IMG/VR virus record: IMGVR_UViG_3300009104_000006 | Coordinates: 38,094 to 102,093 of that record | Source of the DNA: a virus | Reading direction: 5' to 3' (one strand) | DNA length: 64,000 nt | Shown here: positions 8,996 through 18,799 of the stretch, one piece after another | Position numbering within the stretch: the stretch's first letter is position 1 | Layout: every line of letters begins with the position of its first letter | The notes under the pieces: model-generated | Databases searched by the model: none | Seen by the model: the letters and a program-made list of their open reading frames with translations, nothing else | What the model was told of the DNA's origin: nothing | Made by a program: the position numbers and the translations under genes

Positions 8996-10524
8996 CAGAA
9001 GGAGATAGTGAAACGACACTAAGAAGCAACATAGAGGCAGTAAAGACGATTGTAAAAACGGTGAAGACTACGCTTGGACCGCTTGGGCGCGACAAATTGC
9101 TGGTTGATGATGGTGGGAACACCATCGTAACCAACGACGGAGCAACAATTCTCCGTGAACTCGACGTAAGTCATCCCGCAGGGAAGATGATAATCGAATG
9201 TTCGCAAACACAGGAGAGCCTGTGCTACGATGGCACTACTACGGCCGTTGTGCTTGCTGGTGAATTATTGACTAATAGTGCTGCACTTCTGAATAAAGGA
9301 CTTCACCCTAATGTTGTATGTAAGGGCTACAACGATGCTGCTACTATGGCAGTGGATTACCTAATGAATGAAATTGCCTTGAAGAATAAAGAACACTCGT
9401 ATGTGAGTGATAGTCCCCTTGATACAAATAGCCACACCGAATATGCAGTCGCAAAGACGGCGATAACCGGAAAAACTGTGGATGCGGCACTTGACGCAGT
9501 AGCACATCTGTGTGTATCGGCAGTGGAAAAGGCAGGAGATGCTGACAAAGTGAGGGTGCTATGTCTTCCGGGTGGAAGCCTAAAGGACTCGTATCTTTTC
9601 AATGGGGCAATCGTCAATAAGGACTTAGTCATTGAAGACGAGATAGATGGAGATTTACACATTGTCCTTTTGAATGGAGGGCTTGAACCACAGAAGACAG
9701 AAGATAATGTAACTGTCCAATTAGATATGCAGGGATATACGCAATTCAAATCATCCACTAATGAAGGAGTGTTGGAGCAAGCGAAGCAGATAAGCGAACA
9801 CTTACCGGAAGGAGGTTTGGCCTTTGTGAGAGACGGCGCGTTGGATAGCGTGGTAAACTACCTACGAAAGAACAACGTCCACACTATCAGAAATCTCCCA
9901 CAAAGCACAATGCGTGCGCTCTCAGCGACTCTTGGCCTTTCAGTGGCTCAGACCCCTTCGGACATAGAATGCGCCGCACAGGCAAAGGTCCACAAAGAGC
10001 GACATTATGATGTGAATTACATTTTCGTGCAAGGAGTGGTTGATTCAGACCAATCCACGCTTGTATTGCGAGGTGCAACCACCACTACACTCGATGAGAT
10101 AGAGCGAGGATTTGATGATGCGCTCGGTGTAGTATCATTGGTGAAGAATGGCGACAGTGTAGTGCCGGGAGGCGGTAGCACATACGCGGCTATGGCATCC
10201 CATCTCCGTTCCGAAGCCGCTTCAGTGTCGGGAAGAGCGCAGATGGCGATAGAAGCATTTGCTGACTCGTTGGAGATAATTCCAGCCACGATAGCGGAGA
10301 ATGGAGGGCAAGACCCTCTTGACTGCATCCTTGCACTCAGACACTCCATACAAGACGGCGTAACTGATATGGGGCCGGATTTAGAGCATGAGGGCATCGT
10401 TTCGATGTTAGACAATAACGTAATGGAGCCTGTGTCGTTGGTTAGACAAGCAGTTCTAAGTGCAACCGAAGTAACAACCTCAATCCTCAAGATTGACGAC
10501 ATGATTGCCAAGCGAGGCGAATGA
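8992..10524 (+). CDS. Group II chaperonin (thermosome subunit)
   Basis: TLGPLGRDK, TNDGATIL, DGTTT, LRG..LDEIER..DD, VPGGG, ILKIDD. Confidence 0.96.
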   Translation: MTEGDSETTLRSNIEAVKTIVKTVKTTLGPLGRDKLLVDDGGNTIVTNDGATILRELDVSHPAGKMIIECSQTQESLCYDGTTTAVVLAGELLTNSAALLNKGLHPNVVCKGYNDAATMAVDYLMNEIALKNKEHSYVSDSPLDTNSHTEYAVAKTAITGKTVDAALDAVAHLCVSAVEKAGDADKVRVLCLPGGSLKDSYLFNGAIVNKDLVIEDEIDGDLHIVLLNGGLEPQKTEDNVTVQLDMQGYTQFKSSTNEGVLEQAKQISEHLPEGGLAFVRDGALDSVVNYLRKNNVHTIRNLPQSTMRALSATLGLSVAQTPSDIECAAQAKVHKERHYDVNYIFVQGVVDSDQSTLVLRGATTTTLDEIERGFDDALGVVSLVKNGDSVVPGGGSTYAAMASHLRSEAASVSGRAQMAIEAFADSLEIIPATIAENGGQDPLDCILALRHSIQDGVTDMGPDLEHEGIVSMLDNNVMEPVSLVRQAVLSATEVTTSILKIDDMIAKRGE

Positions 10525-10650
10525 ATGTTGATAGATTTGGTAATAGAACTTGCGTTGTTGGGAGCGTTGTCCTTTACCTTAGTTTACGGAATGTGGTATG
10601 TCGGCTTATTCATGGATGCGTTTATGCGCTCCATATATGGTATGGAATGA
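10525..10650 (+). CDS. Small membrane protein (41 aa)
   Basis: Hand-translated hydrophobic ORF starting right after the chaperonin stop. Confidence 0.55.
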   Translation: MLIDLVIELALLGALSFTLVYGMWYVGLFMDAFMRSIYGME

Positions 10651-10659
10651 GGGATTCCA

Positions 10660-10791
10660 ATGAGTAAGTATTGCGATTGCATAAAGAAAGATTGGAAAAT
10701 AACAGATTTTCATTATGCAAGATGTTTACAATGCAAAAAATGGATTCCTACACATGAAGTAATTAGGGCGTGGCACGAATGGGACGTTTGA
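10660..10791 (+). CDS. Cys-rich microprotein (43 aa)
   Basis: MSKYCDC...RCLQCKKW..., with GAGG upstream. Confidence 0.5.
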   Translation: MSKYCDCIKKDWKITDFHYARCLQCKKWIPTHEVIRAWHEWDV

Positions 10792-10976
10792 TGGAGAGAC
10801 TAAAAGTCCACTGTCGCAATTGTGAATACAAACATATTCCTCGCTCTCTCGTAGCGCGTTATTCTGGCTACTCAAATGTGCGAGTTGCAGGTAGCACTCC
10901 AAAGCAAATCCAATTATGGGAGTGTAAAGAGTGCGGCCATATTTGGCAAGATACTGCATTCGAGAAGAAAAGTTAG
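10779..10976 (+). CDS. Zinc-ribbon protein resembling the TFS/TFIIS C-terminal domain
   Basis: CRNC...LWECKECGHIWQ. Start uncertain (10770, 10779 or 10791). Confidence 0.7.
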   Translation: MGRLMERLKVHCRNCEYKHIPRSLVARYSGYSNVRVAGSTPKQIQLWECKECGHIWQDTAFEKKS

Positions 10977-11002
10977 TATAGAGGCGGTGTATTTTTCGCA
11001 CC

Positions 11003-11284
11003 GTGTTTCAGTGGTTGGCTCGCCGCCTTATCTCGTTAATGGGTAATATCTATGTCTGGCTGGATAAGAAAATCCAATATACAGACGAGGAAACAGGCAC
11101 CGTTCTCGGTCTTGAGATAGACGATGACTTGCGTGTAAACTCGCGCTACGAACTATGTCAAAGAGTGGAAGAAACCTTCGGCTTAGAAAAGGAGACATTT
11201 TGGCATTTACTAAGCACACAGAAGATTCGTTTTGCCGTTCAACAGGCAAGAAACTTACAGAAAGAGGCTACCAATGGACGATAA
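11003..11284 (+). CDS. Hypothetical protein
   Basis: 93-aa ORF with a GTG start, near the end of the + arm. Confidence 0.7.
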   Translation: MFQWLARRLISLMGNIYVWLDKKIQYTDEETGTVLGLEIDDDLRVNSRYELCQRVEETFGLEKETFWHLLSTQKIRFAVQQARNLQKEATNGR

Positions 11285-11367
11285 CGATAACGATATTGGT
11301 TTAGATGTCGAGGGAGTTTGGTTGTGGCTACTTCGGAAAATAGGAACAATCCCAAATTGATGGGTAA

Positions 11368-11697
11368 TCAGCAATCCACGCCGTCAGTGAAGCCGTCTTT
11401 GGTCTTCAAGTCAAGATAAGATTGTTTGATGAGATTGTATTGATTCTTAGAGCCAGCCGCATCTAACTCAAACGAACCGTTGAAGCCACCAATCGGTGAT
11501 GCCCCATCGTTATAGGCTGACAGTGATGCGAAAATCTTACCACTGTAATTGATATCGAAAGTCGTAGTGCTAATTTCATCACCGTTCTCGTCTTCCGTAA
11601 TTTCCACTTCTTTGTTCACCCTTGCATCTCTTACAATGCAGTGCGCGCTTTCACAAGTTATTCCATAATGCGTTTCATATTCTATTCTTAGTGCCAT
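11368..11697 (-). CDS. Hypothetical protein, possibly tail-fibre associated
   Basis: Last gene of the structural arm. Ends Y.DLK...F....DC, a type of ending I recall from small genes following phage fibres. Confidence 0.7.
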   Translation of the reverse strand: MALRIEYETHYGITCESAHCIVRDARVNKEVEITEDENGDEISTTTFDINYSGKIFASLSAYNDGASPIGGFNGSFELDAAGSKNQYNLIKQSYLDLKTKDGFTDGVDC

Positions 11698-11708
11698 TTT
11701 ACTACTTC

Positions 11709-12263
11709 CTATTCCCAATTCCAACCATTCATTTGCTCTATGTAATCACCATACCTGTCCTGCATTCTGGCTATATAGTCAATGAGGCTTTCATCGTGAG
11801 TTACCCAAGTATCAAACCAACCAATATCCCAAGATGTGCCTTCTGGTGGATTCCATGTGTTAATATCTGCGTGAATGAGTTTGAAGCGCCCGTCCTTAGC
11901 ACAGTGTTCCCAAACTAAATCTATCACATCTTGATTCTTTTCAACGATAGTGATACTCTTTGCATCCGAAGCCAATAGAGGGATATTGAGCATACCCACT
12001 CCTAAACCAGCGACTAATACATCTCCAGCCATCTTATCCATCATCCATGCGTGTTCGCCATATTCTCTTTCAGTGTCTTGCATGATATTCAGATAGGATA
12101 GACCAAATTTCTCGAATAGAACAGTATATGTTCCTTCAGGTATGTTAGCATTTTGAACATAATTTAGCCAAGAGTCATGACCGGAAGATTCAGTGCAAGA
12201 CTTGATAGAAAACTTACCTACTTCCCCATCGGGTATTCCAGATACTTCCCATCTACTCATCAT
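11709..12263 (-). CDS. Class I SAM-dependent methyltransferase (spermidine-synthase-like fold)
   Basis: VLVAGLGVG, IVEKNQDVI, IHADI, WDIGWFD. GAGGTG SD before ATG 12263. Confidence 0.82.
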   Translation of the reverse strand: MMSRWEVSGIPDGEVGKFSIKSCTESSGHDSWLNYVQNANIPEGTYTVLFEKFGLSYLNIMQDTEREYGEHAWMMDKMAGDVLVAGLGVGMLNIPLLASDAKSITIVEKNQDVIDLVWEHCAKDGRFKLIHADINTWNPPEGTSWDIGWFDTWVTHDESLIDYIARMQDRYGDYIEQMNGWNWE

Positions 12264-12271
12264 TTGACACC

Positions 12272-12892
12272 TCATACGAACGTAATTTTTATCTGGATAT
12301 CTGGGTCTGCCAAGGTCGAGCCGCAAGCGTTAATGGCATTGGCTCTCATATCCCATTGAACGTAATCCTCTTCGTCCAACGCCAGATAACCCCTTCCACC
12401 AGAAACATGGGCGATTTGAGCATATTCGCCGGTCCCAGACGAAGTAGCATCTTGGCTTGTTGATGCACTACCGCCTATTGATGCTGAAGAAACTGCATTT
12501 GTATTGCTATCATCGTAAGTAAGGCTTTTCATTACCCATGACCATGAGGTTGCTTCTCTCGTTAGAGTGTTGGCATCTCGTATGTAGCCCTTACAACCGA
12601 ATCTTAGGACTCCACTGTTATTGTTGAGCATAGCGTTGTAGTTTGAGTCCACAACAAACTCAATCTCGGCAGTAGACATTCCACTATTCATTGAAAATCC
12701 ATTCCCATTATTACTACTCAACGCATCTTCACCACTACTACCCAGATTTATGGAGTATACTATGAGTGCATCGTCATAGTTACCAGACGAAGATGTAGCC
12801 ATTGAGACAGTTTCTGGGGCTTGTAAACAGCCGCCGCCAGCACTTTGATTTCCTTGTTGGGCTACAACCCCAACTGCGCCTATGAAACTCAT
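12272..12892 (-). CDS. Putative fibre-tip / receptor-binding protein
   Basis: S/G/N-rich, ATGA-coupled to the distal fibre gene. Confidence 0.6.
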   Translation of the reverse strand: MSFIGAVGVVAQQGNQSAGGGCLQAPETVSMATSSSGNYDDALIVYSINLGSSGEDALSSNNGNGFSMNSGMSTAEIEFVVDSNYNAMLNNNSGVLRFGCKGYIRDANTLTREATSWSWVMKSLTYDDSNTNAVSSASIGGSASTSQDATSSGTGEYAQIAHVSGGRGYLALDEEDYVQWDMRANAINACGSTLADPDIQIKITFV

Positions 12893-15285
12893 GCTCCAAC
12901 CTGCACCCATTGACTTTCGCTACTACTGATATTAACACAGACATAGGCCGTAGCATCATTATCTGCTATTGCCGCATTAGAAGCCCATGAACCAGCCATA
13001 GCATCGCCCGAACCTAATGATACGGTAACACTACCACCTGTGTTATTGAAAATGGTATATTGTGTTCCTACTGCCGCATCTGCCGGTAAAGTCAATGTTC
13101 CCGCCGTCCAATACACATACGAGCCGCTTTGTGCCTGTGTGAGCGTTGTATTTCCTGTGACTGCTACCACATCAGCCAATTGATTGAGTGACACATTACC
13201 ATTTGAGTCACCTGTAATCCACACAGGGGAACCATCGCCCGAAGAAATTGAGAGTTGGTCTGAACCTGTTGCGCTTGCTGCATCTGCTCCACCAATCATT
13301 ACGTTATTTGAGCCTGTTGTGATGTTATCTGCGGCCTGATAACCAATTCCTATGTTCTTTGAACCGGAAGAAATACCTTTGAGAGAATCAGCGCCAAATG
13401 CCGTGTTATAATTTCCTGTTTGATAATTGGTTGTTCCGGCTAATGCAAACTCTCCAACTGCGGTATTGTAGCCTGTCCCTGCTCGTGCATACAACATAGC
13501 ATACTTTCCAACTGCCGTGTTATGGCTACTTGTGGTTTCATTATGTGCAACACCTTTACCGATGAATGTATTACTTGCTCCTGTTGTTAGATTATATGCG
13601 GTTTGATGTCCTACCGCAGTATTGTAATCTCCCCCGCTTGCTTGACTGAAAAGAGTATTAGTTCCTATTGCAACAGAATAATGCCCTCCGGCAGTTTGCA
13701 TCGCACTTCTTCCTATTACTGTATTTTCTTGGCTGTTAGTGACGCTATTACCGCTTAATGCGAGATGTCCTATTGCTACGGTGCTTGCTGAGGTAGTTTG
13801 TAATAAACCTGCACTTCTCCCGATAAAATTGTTATAATTAGCCGATGTTAATGCACTACCCGCTTCATGTCCAATTGTTATATTCTCATCACCGGAAGTA
13901 ATTGCATCTCCGGCATAGTTCCCAATAGCGATATTCTTCTCGCCACCATTCGGATTATAGAGGGCTTCAAAACCGATTGCGATATTATCTGCTTCTGTTG
14001 TTGCACTATCTAATGCTTGAACGCCAATGGCTATGTTTCTTGTTCCACTTGTATTTCCGTAAAGGGTGCGATAACCAAGAGCAGTATTGGAATTACCGGT
14101 TGTTGCTTTCAAAGCAGATGCTCCCACACCTGTGTTCTGAGTTGCTGAATTGGCTGTGCTTAACACATTTGAACCAATAGCGGTGTTATTAGCACCATTA
14201 CCAATACCACCACCAGCAAAATAACCCACTGCTGTATTATCATTAACTGTTGTAATTTCCTTTAATGCACCATATCCAATTGCGACATTGTAATGGCCGC
14301 TTGTTAAGTCTTCTAATGCTACACCGCCAATACCCACATTCATCAATGAGGAGGCTATTGCGCTGAATACACTTGCGCCAATACCAATGTTATGATTTGC
14401 GCTTGCTAATGTTCCTGTTGTCGGTGCTGAACCACCGCTATCTGTCTGAATAAGAAGTGAAGATGCAAAGTTAGTTCCTGATTGCTTAACATCGGTTAAG
14501 TCGCCCAACACAGAAGCACCGCCACCACCTGCGGCTTCTAATCCAATAGTCCCTGCTGAATGGTCGTAAGTCATTACATAGTTATCTTGACCCGAACCTA
14601 CGCTTTGGTCTGCATCAAGAGTGAAATTACCTAATGCAAGATTTCCTGTTCCCGATGGGGTTATGAACATATCAAAATTAGAATTACCTGTATCTTTCAT
14701 CTTTGCCCCAATCTTTCCAGCGACATATCCACCATAGTTTATCTCTCCTAATCTAAACTCTAATTGTGTTCCAAAACCTGCTGCTCTTGTGCCTGATGTT
14801 ATCGCAGTCGTCATGTGTGCTGCGGTCTGAATTGCATTAGTTGCAGTTGTTGGTGATGTAAAGGTAGCAGCAGTTGAACTGTTACTATTACCTTTAACCT
14901 GAAATGCGAAGGAATTAACAGAAGAAGCATAATTCACTAATACTGACCCTGTGCCGTTTGGGTTAATGTGTATATCCGCATTTGACGTGGTGACGATATC
15001 ATTACCGTTCATGTCTAAATCACCACCCAACTGTGGTGTGTCATCTGCGGCTAAACTTGCTATACCACCACCACCTGCTGAACTCCATACAGCCTTACTT
15101 CCATCCCAAGTCAGAACATCATCTGACGAAGGGCTGTCCTGACCTATCTTGGTGATGTGCCCTGAGCCATCGAAGGTGAGAGCAGCGGTCCCGCCAGCCT
15201 CCTTTAGCGAGCCACCATCATCAAGCGTGATGTCGTCTGTAACGATTAGCCCGTTTTTTACTTTGAAGTCCTTTTTCGTTCCCAA
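12889..15285 (-). CDS. Tail fibre / adhesin with 14-aa N(T/I)A(I/V)G beta-roll repeats
   Basis: Many N.A.G..AL repeats (YadA-head-like), PQLGGDLD.NG motif, fibre-type C-terminal domain. TTG start after GGTGA. Confidence 0.8.
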   Translation of the reverse strand: MGTKKDFKVKNGLIVTDDITLDDGGSLKEAGGTAALTFDGSGHITKIGQDSPSSDDVLTWDGSKAVWSSAGGGGIASLAADDTPQLGGDLDMNGNDIVTTSNADIHINPNGTGSVLVNYASSVNSFAFQVKGNSNSSTAATFTSPTTATNAIQTAAHMTTAITSGTRAAGFGTQLEFRLGEINYGGYVAGKIGAKMKDTGNSNFDMFITPSGTGNLALGNFTLDADQSVGSGQDNYVMTYDHSAGTIGLEAAGGGGASVLGDLTDVKQSGTNFASSLLIQTDSGGSAPTTGTLASANHNIGIGASVFSAIASSLMNVGIGGVALEDLTSGHYNVAIGYGALKEITTVNDNTAVGYFAGGGIGNGANNTAIGSNVLSTANSATQNTGVGASALKATTGNSNTALGYRTLYGNTSGTRNIAIGVQALDSATTEADNIAIGFEALYNPNGGEKNIAIGNYAGDAITSGDENITIGHEAGSALTSANYNNFIGRSAGLLQTTSASTVAIGHLALSGNSVTNSQENTVIGRSAMQTAGGHYSVAIGTNTLFSQASGGDYNTAVGHQTAYNLTTGASNTFIGKGVAHNETTSSHNTAVGKYAMLYARAGTGYNTAVGEFALAGTTNYQTGNYNTAFGADSLKGISSGSKNIGIGYQAADNITTGSNNVMIGGADAASATGSDQLSISSGDGSPVWITGDSNGNVSLNQLADVVAVTGNTTLTQAQSGSYVYWTAGTLTLPADAAVGTQYTIFNNTGGSVTVSLGSGDAMAGSWASNAAIADNDATAYVCVNISSSESQWVQVGA

Positions 15286-15310
15286 GTTATCACCATAATT
15301 TCACTATCCA

Positions 15311-18300
15311 TCAGGTTATGAGTTGTGTTGTGCAGAGACTGTATGTATGAGCCCCGTTTGCAGTAGGAGTAAATCTCACTTCGATATTACTGCCACTAAC
15401 TGTAGCATCCCAAGTTCCAACTACTGCAGAACCTGTGCTGATTTCCGCGTAGTGAGTTAGGAAGGCATTTGTGCCGTTGTATGTAATGAGTATCTCACCC
15501 GCATCTGTATCTACACTATCGTCCTTCTTAATATGATACAAGACTTTAGCCGCTCGGTATGTTGCCTTAGCGATGTTCATGAGAGATGTTGCGCCAGAAA
15601 TTGATGCTCCACTACCTCTTGCTGTATCTATGATGGCTACTGCATCGGCGCTGAGTGTGGCGCCTTGCACTTGTCCATCGGAAGTTAGATTTCTAATTGT
15701 GGCTACATCTCTGCTGGCGTCTACAGTTAGAGCCTTACTCGCTGCCACAGTCCCTACTGTAAGACCGTCTAAGACTCCTAACTCGGCGGTTGTAAGTGTA
15801 GTAGAATCGAGAGTAAGCGAAGTATCTCCAGTAATTGTGCCCGAAACCGCCAGACTGGTTCCTGTAATTGCCCCTCCAGCAAGAGTGCCCGAAGTTGTGA
15901 TATTAGATGAGCCTGTGTTAATTGTGCCGAAGCCCGATGTGATACTACCTGAGTTGAGTGCTCCTACAGTGGTAAGACTCGATGCCGTAACTCCACTTCC
16001 AAGCGTGTTGGCGTTGAGAACTGATGTGCCACCAATCTTGTATGCAGGAGTGCTGATGGAAGTCAAGTTCATGTGATTGTTAGAAGTCCATGAGTCGGTC
16101 GAATCCACCCAGATGAATGTCTTATCATCTCCGCTTGATTCAAGAGTAATTCCACCACCATCTATTGCCGCATCATTTCCGACACCGTTTCCAAGAGTAA
16201 TGTTAGTATCGGCTACGTCAATCGTAGTGCTGTTTACCGTGGTCGTTGTCCCGCGCACGATGAGATGACCCTTCACATCAACAGTCGATGTTGCGGCAGT
16301 TGCGCCACCTGTGACTACAAGCACTTCGGCGAGAGCGCCACTTGTGGATGTCGCTACACTGAGACCTATCTCGCCGGTTTCTGAACCAGAAGTTGCTGCT
16401 GTCGTCTTTGTCTGTATCTTTCCAAAGGCTTGGTTGTTTTGTGCAGCATCGTCGGAGTAAAAGGTAATTGCGCCTGCTACATCACTGGCAGCACCAGCCG
16501 CCCCCTTGTCCTTTACGAAGCGCAGTTCAGAACCAGTCTGGTCATTAGTAGTATTCTTGATTTGAACCACAGGTTTAGTGCTCGTGCTACTCTCAATACT
16601 CAGTAAAGGAGTCGTAATTGTGCGTGAAGTGCTACTGGTCATACTACTGGTAGCAGCCGTCTGTGCAGCATTCACGCTCATCTCGCCACTGGAAGCAGAA
16701 AGACCTGTGCCAGCGAATAGCGTAGCAATCCTGTCCACTGTTGTCTTTCGGTTGGTTCCGCCTGCGCCATCATCGACTATGAATAAATCACCACTCGCAA
16801 GTCCTGCACCGATGTCGGTCATTCCGTCAATGTCCAAAGAGAAAGTTAGGTCGTATGGGTCTCCGTCAGAGCCTGTTGATGTATCAGTCCAATTGATTTC
16901 TAATCCATCTCCATCAATGAACTTCACTTCTTTGTCTTCATCAATTGTGACTTCTGTGCCGTCCCCATCCTCTAAGACAAATCCGCTACCCATTCCGTCT
17001 GCGCCTGAAGACGATTGGGCCCAAACTGCATTTCCTCCGCTTAATTTGAGAACATACCCATTTGTATGAGTGCTTCGTCCTATCCTTGTAACATTTCCAG
17101 ACGCATCGAAAGTGAAAGACTCATCTCCGCCCGCTTCTTTGAGACTACCACCATCATCAAGAATAATATCTCCTTTGAACTTAGCCGTGCCGCCAGTGTC
17201 CAGAGTCATTACGTAATTTTGAACGTTAAGAGGGTTATCGACGCTACTTGCGACGTTATCATAATCTTTAGCAATATATCCGATATGGAATATATTGGCT
17301 TGAGTTTCGCCACTTCCACCTGCTCTGTTGGCTTGCCTTCCCACACCCCAAGAGTTTCCTGTGCCGCTTCGACCTTGAGTGTATACCGTCCCTTGACCAA
17401 CGTGGATATTTTCTGCTTGGTCTAAGACTAAGGCATTACCCATTCCGTTGTATGTGACGCCTGCAACATCATCATTAGCAATATCTGTATGAATACGGGC
17501 TTCCGCATAATTCATAGTGGTGTCATTGGAGGAACCAGATAAAGCAGGCCCATTGACTTGAAACATTGAGTTAGTTTCTCTCGCAGTCCCATTCACTTTA
17601 GCCCAAGATGTTGTTGTAAGATTAGTAAACTTCCCTGTGGAAGCAACATTTGCGCCAATAGTAGCACCATCCACTGTGCCCCCATTGATATCTACCGTTG
17701 TAAGGATACCCGCATCAGCCACAGTTCTACCTGCATTAGTCCAATTACCAGCCATTGAAGCGATAGTTGCTGCACCGCCATCAGTTAATCCGTAAGCACC
17801 AACTGTGAAGTTACCAGTATCAATATCCAAAGCAACTTGACCAGAAGTGCCAATAATTTTCAATTGCTCTTCAGAAGCATCCCATAACATATGGTCGCCA
17901 GAAGTGGCTGAATGGAATGTGACGTCTACGCCACTGCCAGCAGTGCCAGTAGTAACAGCACCGGTCGCACTGAGTGTCGTGAATGCTCCCGACCTTGGAG
18001 TAGCCGTGCCGATATCCGTATTGTCTATCGTGCCAGCGTTGATATCGACTGTAGTCAAAGTAGATGTGCCTGTTGCACTGAATGTCGTGAATGCTCCTGT
18101 AGAAGCACCATTTGCACCGATAGGCGTGTCATCTATCGCACCACTGTCGATGTTCACATTAGTCATCGCTTCATCGGAGAAATCAACTGCGCCCGCTTGT
18201 TCGTAAGCGCCGAGTTTAGTGACTGTTAGCGTATCAGTAGCGAAAGTGAAATCGGAATCATCGGTCAATAAACCAGCAGTGGAAGCAAATGGAACTCGAC

Positions 18301-18787
18301 CAGAAGTCAATCCATCGGCAGTAATACTCGCCGCTCTGAAATTGTAAGCGCCGATATCTATGTTCGCACTCGCTGTAATTCCAGCAGTTGTAAGTGCAGT
18401 AATTGTAGTAGCGGCGATTGTTCCTCCTTCGACTTTATCGCCACTAATCTGATTGTTAGCCAGAGTAAGAGTTCCGCCGGAAACATCGAGGGTTTTTCCA
18501 GAGCCAACTGTAACATCCGATGTGGCTATCGTCGCACCATCTATCGTGCCAGCGTTAATGTCTACCTTAGTGATATTCACTTCTCCAGACCCTTTCGGGG
18601 TGATATTGATGTCGATATTGGTATCTGTGCCATCGGCTGCAAGTGTCGTGCCTGTAAGCGTAACACCGGCTGCAGCGACATTCGTATCGAATATCCCCGC
18701 TTTTACAGTATGGTCGCTCGCAAGCGTAACATCGCCGTCTTCTACTACCAATCCTTGCTTTACTCTGAAATCTTTTATCGTGCCCAT
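15311..18787 (-). CDS. Long tail fibre protein
   Basis: G/T/S/A-rich, VDIN.GT.D..IG repeats, C-terminal YRAAK..E...GT.A..T.Y domain. Confidence 0.8.
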   Translation of the reverse strand: MGTIKDFRVKQGLVVEDGDVTLASDHTVKAGIFDTNVAAAGVTLTGTTLAADGTDTNIDINITPKGSGEVNITKVDINAGTIDGATIATSDVTVGSGKTLDVSGGTLTLANNQISGDKVEGGTIAATTITALTTAGITASANIDIGAYNFRAASITADGLTSGRVPFASTAGLLTDDSDFTFATDTLTVTKLGAYEQAGAVDFSDEAMTNVNIDSGAIDDTPIGANGASTGAFTTFSATGTSTLTTVDINAGTIDNTDIGTATPRSGAFTTLSATGAVTTGTAGSGVDVTFHSATSGDHMLWDASEEQLKIIGTSGQVALDIDTGNFTVGAYGLTDGGAATIASMAGNWTNAGRTVADAGILTTVDINGGTVDGATIGANVASTGKFTNLTTTSWAKVNGTARETNSMFQVNGPALSGSSNDTTMNYAEARIHTDIANDDVAGVTYNGMGNALVLDQAENIHVGQGTVYTQGRSGTGNSWGVGRQANRAGGSGETQANIFHIGYIAKDYDNVASSVDNPLNVQNYVMTLDTGGTAKFKGDIILDDGGSLKEAGGDESFTFDASGNVTRIGRSTHTNGYVLKLSGGNAVWAQSSSGADGMGSGFVLEDGDGTEVTIDEDKEVKFIDGDGLEINWTDTSTGSDGDPYDLTFSLDIDGMTDIGAGLASGDLFIVDDGAGGTNRKTTVDRIATLFAGTGLSASSGEMSVNAAQTAATSSMTSSTSRTITTPLLSIESSTSTKPVVQIKNTTNDQTGSELRFVKDKGAAGAASDVAGAITFYSDDAAQNNQAFGKIQTKTTAATSGSETGEIGLSVATSTSGALAEVLVVTGGATAATSTVDVKGHLIVRGTTTTVNSTTIDVADTNITLGNGVGNDAAIDGGGITLESSGDDKTFIWVDSTDSWTSNNHMNLTSISTPAYKIGGTSVLNANTLGSGVTASSLTTVGALNSGSITSGFGTINTGSSNITTSGTLAGGAITGTSLAVSGTITGDTSLTLDSTTLTTAELGVLDGLTVGTVAASKALTVDASRDVATIRNLTSDGQVQGATLSADAVAIIDTARGSGASISGATSLMNIAKATYRAAKVLYHIKKDDSVDTDAGEILITYNGTNAFLTHYAEISTGSAVVGTWDATVSGSNIEVRFTPTANGAHTYSLCTTQLIT

Positions 18788-18799
18788 TTTCTATCCCTC

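Noticed and set aside
11709-12263. DNA methyltransferase or restriction-modification system
   Set aside because: No (N/D)PP(Y/F) or PC catalytic motif and no cognate nuclease nearby.
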